A DNA stretch of 64,000 bases from Octopus sinensis (taxonomy: Eukaryota), in NCBI RefSeq assembly GCF_006345805.1, contig NW_021833302.1, forward strand, positions 1-64,000. The letters run 5' to 3'. The position numbers and the translations under genes were made by a program. Positions 1 to 11,206 of the stretch are shown here, piece by piece. How positions within the stretch are numbered: the first letter of the stretch is position 1; every line of letters starts with the position of its first letter. The notes below the pieces were generated by a model. The model was not told the origin of the DNA. It searched no databases and was given only the letters and a program-made list of their open reading frames with translations.

Positions 1-139
1 AGAGATAGAGAGTAAGAGAGAGAGAGAGAGAGTAAGAGAGAGAAGTAATCACATGAACTAGACTTTTGTTATTGATCTATTTAACATTGACACTTCGAAT
101 TCAAAAGTAGAGTTCATATGCGTGTTATTCTTTTATTAT

Positions 140-345
140 TTTTTTCGTTTCAGTCATGTGATTGCGGCAATGCCAACTTTCAGTCAAACAAATCGACTCC
201 AAGACATTTTTTAAAACCTGGTACTTATTCTATTTATCTCTTTTGCCGAACCGCTAAGTTGTGGGGACATAAACACACCCACACCGTTTGTCAAGCGGTA
301 ATGGGGGACAGACACAAGGACACACACACACATAAGCGAGGCAGG
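140..345 (-). mobile_element. SINE family A, 3' half (diverged)
   Basis: Reverse complement aligns by eye to the 3' half of full copies at 1583-2080 and 3411-3803 (gccgaaccgctaagtt...gtcaagcg motif). Confidence 0.75.
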
Positions 346-551
346 GTCGTTTATGTATGATACATCCAGGCCTACTGATGAATACGTAAGTATGAAATCA
401 CTGTGATACAGGTCTATATTTTTTAAATGTCTTACTTTGAAAAATTGCATTCGGTGGGATTAGTAATATTTTTGGTAGAAATGACTAAATGTCCCTCTTA
501 GCGTGTGGCATGTATGTATAATGCCATCTGGCATGGATGTATAATGCCCTC

Positions 552-591
<40 letters not shown>

Positions 592-658
592 CCGCGTGTG
601 TACCGTTGGCGATTTTTTTTCCTCTGTTTTCCCTTCTCTGGATCTTTCCTTCTCCTAT

Positions 659-693
659 GTTTCCGACGAAGAGCTCCACTCGAAACGCTAAAC
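659..693 (+). ncRNA. Degenerate minimal type-I hammerhead ribozyme motif (PLE-type repeat)
   Basis: gttt-CCGACGA-A-GAG-ctcca-CTC-GAAA-CG-CT-aaac. Stems I and II pair; U4 and U16.1 are replaced by C. Followed by ttcctgagcg, as is the copy at 19832-19870. Confidence 0.5.
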
Positions 694-782
694 CCTCCTT
701 CTTTCCTGAGCGTCTAGTAATACTTTATTTGTTCCACGTCCTCGCGTTGTTGTTTTTTTGTGCTTTCTTGTTTGGATTAACT

Positions 783-856
<74 letters not shown>

Positions 857-862
<6 letters not shown>

Positions 863-1025
863 GACGGGGCTTCTTTCGGTTTCTCTCGACCAAATCCACT
901 CACAAGGAGTTGGTCAGCCCGAGGCTATAGCAGAAGACACCTGCCCAATGTGTGTGCCACGCAGTGGGACTGAGCCCTGAATCAAGTAGGTGGGGAGCAA
1001 GCTTCTTACTACACAGCTACGCCTG
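857..1025 (-). mobile_element. SINE family A, 5' tRNA-like half
   Basis: Reverse complement of the head seen at 1583 (gtagctgtgtag...cagtcccactgcgtggc). Confidence 0.8.
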
Positions 1026-1043
1026 TTGACGAACAACGACAAC

Positions 1044-1086
<43 letters not shown>

Positions 1087-1364
1087 GAAATAGAACTAGT
1101 TTCTGCACCTTTTATTAGCAAAATAACCCCTCCCCAAGATGATACAATAATGCACACAAACACACACAACTTAGATTGGTTTCTGCCACCATTGGTTCAG
1201 GCCGTGACTAACTGAAGATCGCCACCTGGAGAGGTATTTGATTTCATGTTTCTCGACGCCATAGTACACTTGAGCAAAGAGTGTAACTTGCAACCATTTG
1301 CAACCACTCTACTAATTCTGCTGCTTCCTCTTTCTTTTATTTACATACTTGATTATGTTATGTG

Positions 1365-1570
1365 AGCTAGTAGAATCGGTACAACGCGGGGCTGTTCTGC
1401 AGCATTTTGTCCGCGTCTATGTTCTGAGTTCAAATTCCGCTGAAGTCAACTTTGCGTTTTATCCTTTCGGAGGCGTTATATTAAGTACCAGTGAAAGACT
1501 GAGGTCGATGCAATCTACTCCCCCTACCCCCCAAAAAATTCAGGCCTTGTGCCTTTAGTAGCAAGAATTA
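1365..1570 (+). mobile_element. SINE family B (tRNA head, CORE-like centre)
   Basis: B-box-like gagttcaaattcc plus the central ctttcatcctttcggggtcgat...aagtaccag motif shared by more than 10 copies in the window. Confidence 0.75.
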
Positions 1571-1582
1571 TGTCGCGTGTAT

Positions 1583-2080
<498 letters not shown>

Positions 2081-2674
2081 GGTAAAATAGTATAGGGTAT
2101 GTGCGCCTGGGCACGTACACTCACACACACACATGATGCTTTCGTAGTTTCCGTCTTGTCTACTGAATGTCACACTCTTAGGGCCATTGGTTAACTCGAG
2201 GCTACGTAATGTGAAAGACACTTGCCCAACGCACAACAGTCTCGAAACCAAACCGAACCAAACAGAGTTTTTCTACTCCCTACTTAACGACACAGTTCTC
2301 CTTGTCTCTTTCTTTTCTTGATGGAAGTGGTTGTCTGTGTTTTTGCCATGTATTTATAGATATCCTTTTCCCCTTTCTCGCAAATTTTTATCTTTTATTT
2401 CCTGCCTCTAATTTGTAATTACGTCTTAATTTTTTGCTTCTGCTTAAATATATTTTCACTTTCTTTTTTGTATGGTTTTTTAGTACTGTATTTCATTTTC
2501 TCTGCCTTTCTCTATTGTACATCTCTTTCCTCTTCTCTCGCCCTCTCTCGTCTCATTGCTCATTCATTTTATTATTGTTTTTTTTTGTTTCATCGTTGCT
2601 GTTTTTTTCATTCATTACTTTAATTTTTTTTGTTTGTGTCTCCATATGTATTCATTCTCTCCCTCTCCCTCCTA

Positions 2675-2706
<32 letters not shown>

Positions 2707-3410
2707 AGACAGTGCATTCTCTCCCTCACAATGTTACTCCATCTCTCTCACCCGACCTCTCTATTTTTTTTTTTTCATCAGCTTCTGTTTTAATCTATCC
2801 TTCTCTTTCTCCTCCCCATCGTCGTCTTATCTTCTTGTCACCCTCCTACTTCCCTTTAAAGAGTTCTTTCTTTTTCCGTCACTTTGACTTTTCATTAACC
2901 GGGCAAACACGCACCCCACATCTGTCCTTCTCTTTTCTTTACCCTCACCACTTTCTGCCTTTTACACCCCCTTTCTCTGTTAGAGCTTCGTCTTCCTTAT
3001 TTCCTTGCAGATTTCATTCTTACTACCATTCTCCAGTCTCCACTAATGCATACATCTTTTACACTATCAGACAAACCCAAAACCTCACTCACCGATTCTT
3101 GTTATTTCATCAATCTTGTAGTGTGTTTTTAAAAGTTCAGCTTTTAACATTAAACGCATATTGAGAGAGAGAGAGCACGGCGAGGTGGGAGGCTTGAGAA
3201 ATTCGAAAGCGAAGGTGGGAAGGAAGAGGAAAGAAAAGGAATCATGTGGTGAGGAGAAGGAAGGAAGTAGTATGTGGGAAGCGGAGGGAGGCGTGAGACT
3301 TCTTGCAAACTGAATAAAAAATGACTTATAACAAAGGAAACAAGAAGACTATATCGAGTGTGTGTACCTATCGTAAGCTTACACAAATAAACTGAAACAA
3401 ATACAAACAA

Positions 3411-3803
3411 GGTGGCTGCGTGGTAAGTAGCTTGTTTACCAACCACATGGTTCCGGGTTCATTCCCACTGCGTGGCACCTTGGGCAAGTGTCTTCTATTA
3501 TAGCCTCGGGCCGACCAAAGCTTTGTGAGTGGATTTGGCAGACGGAAACTGAAAGAAGCCTGTCGTATATATGTATACATATATATATATATATATGTGT
3601 GTGTTTATGTGTCTGTCCCCCAACATCACTTGACAACCGATGCTGGTGTGTTTACGTCTCCGTAACTTAGCGGTTCGGCAAAATAGATCGATAGAATAAG
3701 TACTAGGCTTACAGAGAATAAGTCCTGGGGTCGATTTGCTCGACTAAAGGCGGTGCTCCTGCATGGCCACAGTCAAATGACTGAAACAAGTAAAAGAGTA
3801 AAA
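3411..3803 (+). mobile_element. SINE family A, full length
   Basis: Same head, internal microsatellite and tail as 1583-2080. Confidence 0.9.
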
Positions 3804-3804
3804 A

Positions 3805-3851
<47 letters not shown>

Positions 3852-3854
<3 letters not shown>

Positions 3855-4330
3855 GAGGTGCAATGGCCCAATGGTTAGGGCAGCGGACTCGCGGTCGTAG
3901 GATCGCTGTTTCGATTCCCAGACCGGGTATTGTGAGTGTTTATTGAGCAAAAACACCTAAAGCACCACGAGGCTCCGGCAGGGGGTAGTGGTGAACCCTG
4001 CTGTACTCTTTCACCACAAATTTCTCTCACTCTTTCTTCCTGTTTCTGTTGTACTTCTATTTCAAAGGGCCAGCCTTGTCACACTGTCACGCTGAATCTC
4101 CCCGAGAACTACGATAAGGGTACAAGTGTCTGTGGAGTGCTAAGCCACTTGCACGTTAATAAATGAACTGCGACGTCACAGGTGCCAAGCTGTATCGGCT
4201 GGTGGCGTGGAGATGGGAGGCTGGTATGCATTGGCAACTGCTGGTCTTCCATAAACAACCTTGCCTAGACTTGTGCCTCGGAGGGTAACTTTCTAGGTGC
4301 AATCCCATGGCCATTCATGACAGAAGGGAG
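3852..4330 (+). mobile_element. tRNA-derived SINE (head type C, tail type Y)
   Basis: tRNA-like head ggaggtgcaatggcccaatggttagggcagcggactcgcggtcgtaggatcgctgtttcgattccc. Head is shared with 27680-27972 and tail with 45105-45430. Confidence 0.8.
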
Positions 4331-5254
4331 TTACAACACACTCACACATATATATATAATCAAAATGTATTATGTTATGTGATGTATTATAAAGTAACCC
4401 CTGCCTAGTTAGTCTGACTTCATCCTATTTGGTGATATATATATATACATATATAATCCTTTTTTGTATATGTATTTGTATGCAATATTTCTATACTATT
4501 ACACCTATTTATATCAGTACACACTTTCTCTTGTGTACTTATATTTCATAATGTCTACATATTATCTTTTATCTTATCCAGCCTCTGATTCCTTACTTTC
4601 AATCAATAGATAGTATGTATATCTTTCCAGATAAATTCCATAAACAGGTGGCTGGAGTGATCTTTATAGTAACCACTTAAGAATTAATTAAGTAACGATG
4701 AGGTATTAAGTTGATTCTACATAATAGTAATCTTCTTTTTAATGTTTAAGTTGATCTGTATATCCCTCTTAGCTAACTTGGTTATGATATCCCTTTCTAG
4801 AATTTTTTAAACTTTTATTCTTATACAAAATAATATTTGAGCAAAGATTTAACTAACACTGAATGATTGTGGTTCAGTGGATATATTGTAAACTGAGCTG
4901 AAATGAAGAAAATTCTAAGCACATTTTAATATAATGAAATATACAATTTTCATACAAGGATACAAAATATGTTGTAGGAGATCACCTACACCAGTTGAAG
5001 GGAGCCCAAATATAACCAAAATTATCCGTAGAGTCGTTCTGTAACACCAAATCTATATAAATTTCTTTTAATCTGAATTTTTAGAGCTTACTTTGTCTCA
5101 TTAGACTATGTGAATTTACCATCGCCAGTGTATACATAAACTGAATATATTCAAATCTCCTTTCATTTTTGCGGATGACGATGCTTCTGATTATACACGC
5201 ATGCGTGCAATGGGTTTACAGAAACATTTTGTGATCCAATGTGAAAAACAAAAT

Positions 5255-8200
5255 CTATAAATTTATGTTTTCTTGAAATAGCACCCTTTTAAATCTATAT
5301 TACATTAAATTATATTCATATACATACCGTTTTAAAATATGTTTTATATATAAGAAGGGAACAATCTATAACTGAATAAATAATACAAGCGTCTGCCGTT
5401 CCATTTCCTATTCGTCTTTGACTCGGTCAGTCCACGTTTTCTCTTTGCTCCTCCACTATAAATTTATGTTTTCTTGAAATAGCACCCTTTTAAATCTATA
5501 TTACTTAAATTATATTCATATACATACCGTTTAAAATGTGTTTTATATATAAGAAGGGAACAATCTATAACTGAATAAATAATACAAGCGTCTGCCGTCC
5601 ATTTCCTATTTCGTCTTTGACTCGGTCAGTCACGTTTCTCTTTGCTCCTCCACTATAAATTTATGTTTTCTTGAAATAGCAACCCTTTTAAATCTATATT
5701 ACATTAAATTATATTCATATACATACCGTTTAAAATGTGTTTTATATATAAGAAGGGAACAATCTATACTGAATAAATAATACAAGCGTCTGCCGCCCCA
5801 TTTCCTATTTCGTCTTTGACTCGGTCAGTCACGTTTCTCTTTGCTCCTCCACTATAAATTTATGTTTTCTTGAAATGCACCCTTTTAAATCTATATACAT
5901 TAAATTATATTCATATACATACCGTTAATACGTTTAAAATGTGTTTTATATATAAGAAGGGAACAATCTATAACTGAATAAATAATACAAGCGTCCTGCC
6001 GTCCATTTCCTTTTCGTCTTTGACTCGGTCAGTCACGTTTCTCTTTGCTCCTCCACTATAAATTTATGTTTTCTTGAAATAGCACCCTTTTAAATCTATA
6101 ATTACATATAAATTATATTCATACATACCGTTTAAAATGTGTTTTATATATAAGAAGGGAACAATCTATAACTGAATAAATAATACAAGCGTCTGCCGTC
6201 CATTCCCTATCGTTCCTATCTTTGACTCGGTCAGTCACGTTTCTCTTTGCTCCTCCACTATAAATTTATGTTTTCTGAAATACACCACACCACCCTTTTA
6301 AATCTATATACATTAAATTATATTCATATACATACCGTTTAAAATGTGTTTTATATATATAAAAGGGAACAATCTATACTGAATAAATAATACAAGCGTC
6401 TGCCGTCCATTTCCTATTGTCGTCTTTGACTCGGTCAGTCACGTTTCTCTTGTGCTCCTCCACTATAAATTTTGTTTTCTTGAAATAGCACCTTTTAAAT
6501 CTATATTACATTAATTATATTCATATACATACCGTTTAAAATGTGTTTTATATATAAGAAGGAACAATCTATAACTGAATAAATAATACAAGCGTCTGCC
6601 GTCCATTTCCTATTTCGTCTTGACTCGGTCAGTCACGTTTCTTTTTGCTCCTCCTCCACTATAAATTTAATGTTTTCTCTGAAATAGCACCCTTTTAAAT
6701 CAAATCTATATTACTTAATTATATTCATATACATACCGTTTAAAATGTGTTTTATATATATAGAAGGGAACAATCTATAACTGAATAAATAATACAAGCG
6801 TCTGCCGTCCATTTCCTATTTCGTCTTTGACTCGGTCAGTCACGTTTCTCTTTGCTCCTCCACTATAATTTATGTTTTCTTGAAATAGCACCCTTTTAAA
6901 TCTATATTACATTAAATTATATTCATATACATACCGTTTAAAATGTGTTTATTTATATAAGAAGGGAACAATCTATAACTGAATAAATAATACAAGCGTC
7001 TGCCGTCCATTTCCTATTTCGTCTTTGACTCGGTCAGTCACGTTTCTCTTTGCTCCTCCACTATAAATTTATGTTTTCTTGAAATAGCACCCTTTTAAAT
7101 CTATATTACATTAAATTATATTCATATACATACCGTTTAAAATGTGTTTTATATATAAGAAGGGAACAATCTATAACTGAATAAATAATACAAGCGTCTG
7201 CCGTCCATTTCCTATTTCGTCTTTGACTCGGTCAGTCACGTTTCTCTTTGCTCCTCCACTATAAATTTATGTTTTCTTGAAATAGCACCCTTTTAAATCT
7301 ATATTACATTAAATTATATTCATATACATACCGTTTAAAATGTGTTTTTATATATAAGAAGGGAACAATCTATAACTGAATAAATAATACAAGCGTCTGC
7401 CGTCCATTTCCTATTTCGTCTTTGGACTCGGTCAGTCACGTTTCTCTTTGCTCCTCCACTATAAATTTGATGTTTTCTTGAAATAGCACCCTTTTAAATC
7501 TATATTACATTAAATTATATTCATAACATACCGTTTAAAATGTGTTTTATATATAAGAAGGAACAATCTATAACTGAATAAATAATACAAGCGTCTGCCG
7601 TCCATTTCCTATTTTCGTTTGACTCGGTCAGTCACGTTTCTCTTTGCTCCTCCACTATAAATTTATGTTTTCTTGAAATAGCACCCTTTTAAATCTATAT
7701 TACATTAAATTATATTCATATACATACCGTTTAAAATGTGTTTTATATATAAGAAGGGAACAATCTATAACTGAATAAATAATACAAGCGTCTGCCGTCC
7801 ATTTCCTATTTCGTCTTTGACTCGGTCAGTCACGTTTCTCTTTGCTCCTCCACTATAATTTATTGTTTTCTTGAAATAGCACCCTTTTAAATCTATATTA
7901 CATTAAATTATATTCATACATACCGTTTAAAATGTGTGTTTATATATAAGAAGGGAACAATCTATACTGAATAAATAATACAAGCGTCTGCCGTCCATTT
8001 CCTATTTCGTCTTGACTCGGTCAGTCACGTTTCTCTTTGCTCCTCCACTATAATTTATGTTTTCTTGAAATAGCACCCTTTTAAATCTATATTACATTAA
8101 ATTATATTCATATACATACCGTTTAAAATGTGTTTTATATATAAGAAGGGAACAATCTATAACTGAATAAATAATACAAGCGTCTGCCGTCCATTTCCTA

Positions 8201-8447
8201 TTTCGTCTTTGACTCGGTCAGTCACGTTTCTCTTTGCTCCTCCACTATAAATTTATGTTTTCTTGAAATAGCACCCTTTTAAATCTATATTACATTAAAT
8301 TATATTCATATACATACCGTTTAAAATGTGTTTTATATATAAGAAGGGAACAATCTATAACTGAATAAATAATACAAGCGTCTGCCGTCCATTTCCTATT
8401 TCGTCTTTGACTCGGTCAGTCACGTTTCTCTTTGCTCCTCCACTATA
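5255..8447. repeat. Tandem satellite/minisatellite, ~198-bp unit, 16 copies
   Basis: Unit start ctataa(a)tttatg recurs at 5255, 5456, 5653, 5852, 6056, 6258, 6464, 6659, 6863, 7061, 7259, 7459, 7655, 7853, 8048 and 8245; the array ends near 8447. Units differ mainly by 1-bp indels. Confidence 0.97.
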
Positions 8448-9656
8448 TTTACACGGTTTGTTTACGCCACCTTTTGTTCTTACTCTCTATCTGTCCCTTT
8501 CTCATTTCCAGTCTTACAGCACATTTTCTTTTACGTTGCTCCATATTTGTCCGACTTGTAGCAACATGGCTTTTTTTGGTTGTATATGTGTAATCATTTT
8601 ACTTTGTACTGTGTGTCCTGCACGTTCGTTAGCTACCACTTCCGGTGGTATGTCGACGCTGGCGTCATCAAAAGCGAACAATATCATCGTTAAAGACGTG
8701 AAATCCTTATGATCTTTTGGACATTGACTGATGAGGAATTAGCTAAAAATATCCTGCTTGTGTTTTTGTTAAATTTTTGCTAAATATTATATATTCCCTA
8801 CTCCCCCACACAACTACACCCCTCCACACTCACCAGCACCCACACCACACACCATCATCTGCACACCCACACATCATCATCCACACACTACAGACGCACA
8901 CATTTACACATGTCAAAATCATTAGCCCCTATCCACAAACACACATACACACACGCGCACCTTCTTGATGAACGGGTGCAACCCAATTTTTAGCTTCGTT
9001 ATCGATTGATATATAAGTCGAATAGTTAATGCGGTGGCTTGGTGGGAATTATGTTAAAGTATTGGATTTCAGACCACACAACATGAAATCCAAGTGTCAT
9101 TTCGGCCCAGAGAACGCTCTCTCTTCTTTCCTAAGTTTTGCTTCAATTCAAGTTTTCTTCTTTGCTTTTCATTCATGAAGAACCAATGTCTGAATCGGGA
9201 AATGCTTTTCATTGTGTTTTCTTTCATGCCATAGTTTAACTAATATAAACGTTGCAGCATTGTTGTTTGTTTAGAGATTTGAACCCCGCTGTTTCTCCTT
9301 CCTTTACATAAGTCGTTAAAAGTACCTCAGGAAACATGCACGCGCGCACGTGTATAGTGTTTGGCCATAGCTGCAAATCTTTCCTCTCCGCGCCACCGAT
9401 GTAGCATGCGCCTCTGACATTGGATGTGTTGCCACCACAACGCAAAGAGTCGGAACCGATACTGCAAGACATCTGCTCAACAGTCTAGTAGTTCTGCTAA
9501 TCTAATTTTTGCTATTTAGATAAAAGTATAAAGAGGAAAGTTGACTTTGCTGGGATTTGAAGTCGGAATGCAGATAACCGGAACAAATACAGAAGGTTTG
9601 TATGCTACGCTCTACGATGATATTTTTATTGTTGATAATTTGTATCATAAGACTAT

Positions 9657-9778
9657 ATCAATCAGTCTATCTATCTATTTATCTATCTATCTACCTATCC
9701 AGTTATCCACCTATCTATCTACCTATCCAGTTATCCACCTATCTATCTATCTATCTATCTATCTATCCAGTTATCCAC

Positions 9779-9839
<61 letters not shown>

Positions 9840-9850
9840 CAGTTATCCAC

Positions 9851-9895
<45 letters not shown>

Positions 9896-9906
9896 CAGTT
9901 ATCCAC

Positions 9907-9963
<57 letters not shown>

Positions 9964-10000
9964 CAGTTATCCACCTATCTATCTATCTATCTATCTATCT
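9657..10000. repeat. Compound minisatellite [tatccagttatccacc(tatc)n], left flank of Tx1 LINE
   Basis: Six cagttatccacc spacers separated by (TATC)n runs. Confidence 0.95.
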
Positions 10001-11175
10001 ACACCCGACTTGGTAATGATACCAGTCTATTTAAACAAAAGGGTCACGAAAGTCCAAATAAAAAACATACCATTTGATGTCGAAACACAATGGGTGGTCT
10101 CTGCCATCTGCTTTGAAATGTCAGAGACAATGTCAGAGTCAAACATCCTGGAAATCGCGGTTCTAGGAGAGAAAGACTATGTGGGCAAATCAATCGAATT
10201 CCTGCTTCAATTGGATGAAGCAGCAAGAGAGAAGATACCCACCGCTATAGAACTGCCAGGAGGCTACAAACTCTATATAGTGGTAGAGGGCAGGCGACCA
10301 CGCTGCTATTTGTGTGGAAGCGAAACACACTTGAAAAAGACGTGCCCAACCACTGCACACCAAAGCAACAACAACAACCACTACCACAACCAAAGCACTC
10401 CGGAAAAAAAGCTCTACTACCCACACCACCATCAACACAGAAGACGACAAGAGAAGCACACCAAGCTAATCCGTCATCAACCAAAAACCACTCGACACCT
10501 GGAAAAATACCAACACTACCATCAACAGCAAAACCCAAAGGAACAGAAAAACAAAGAAAACACACACAAACTGATCCCCCATCCCTTATACCGCACTCAA
10601 CACACACAAACACTCAACAACCAACAACAACGAAAACAACAACACAACCACTTACACAGACATACATAGAAGCCCACAACATACCCCTACCCCCTTCTGA
10701 TTCCTCAGAATTTCGTCGGAAGACGAAACCAGTGAGGAATGGCAAATAGCTACAAAAAGAAGGAAAATAAAGAGCAGAAACACAACCAAACCAAATGCAA
10801 ACACGAACAAAGCAGGGAAATACATCTCCCGAAGACATTTCAAAACCCAACGCAAACAACAGCCACACCAACACCACAAAAACATATACAGCAAACATGC
10901 TCACAGCCATAGACACCAAAAACACAAATTTGATGGAATACATCCAATCAAAAACAAACATAACAGAAGATGACATAAAAACAAACAACCACCCATACAC
11001 AACACCACCAGACCACATCAAAATAATACACATCTCCAAAAGTCTGCACCACACACTCAAAGGCATTTTCCCCAGTGCGGTTGGTAAATGCCAAAAATAT
11101 CTCACAAAGAAACTGTACTGGGATCTTCTCGAGGACAAACCAACGGAGGAGAAAGCAAAAACTTTCGAGCAGTAA
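10001..11175 (+). pseudogene. LINE ORF1 (gag-like) remnant with CCHC zinc knuckle, frameshifted
   Basis: [25 protein letters not shown]...EGRRPRCYLCGSETHLKKTCP (C-x2-C-x4-H-x4-C), then a P/T/Q-rich linker and a C-terminal segment ending KAKTFEQ* at 11175. Confidence 0.75.
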
Positions 11176-11206
11176 GTAACCCTCTGTATTCTAATTCATT
11201 AGAACT

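Noticed and set aside
3852-3925. tRNA-like sequences at SINE heads (also 27900-27972 and 45360-45430)
   Set aside because: They continue into SINE bodies and lack a complete acceptor stem, so they were not called as tRNA genes.
4560-5220. Possible decayed LINE 3' end on the minus strand (e.g. LNLCSNIILYKNK...PPVYGIYLERY)
   Set aside because: Many stops and no diagnostic motif recognisable by eye; needs a profile search.
5255-8447. CRISPR-like array
   Set aside because: Units are contiguous identical 198-mers with no unique spacers, and the context is eukaryotic.
9270-9655. Possible degenerate ORF1 N-terminus upstream of the TATC repeat (SFT*VVKSTSG...)
   Set aside because: Stops and frame changes, and it cannot be joined to the Tx1 ORF1 at 10001.
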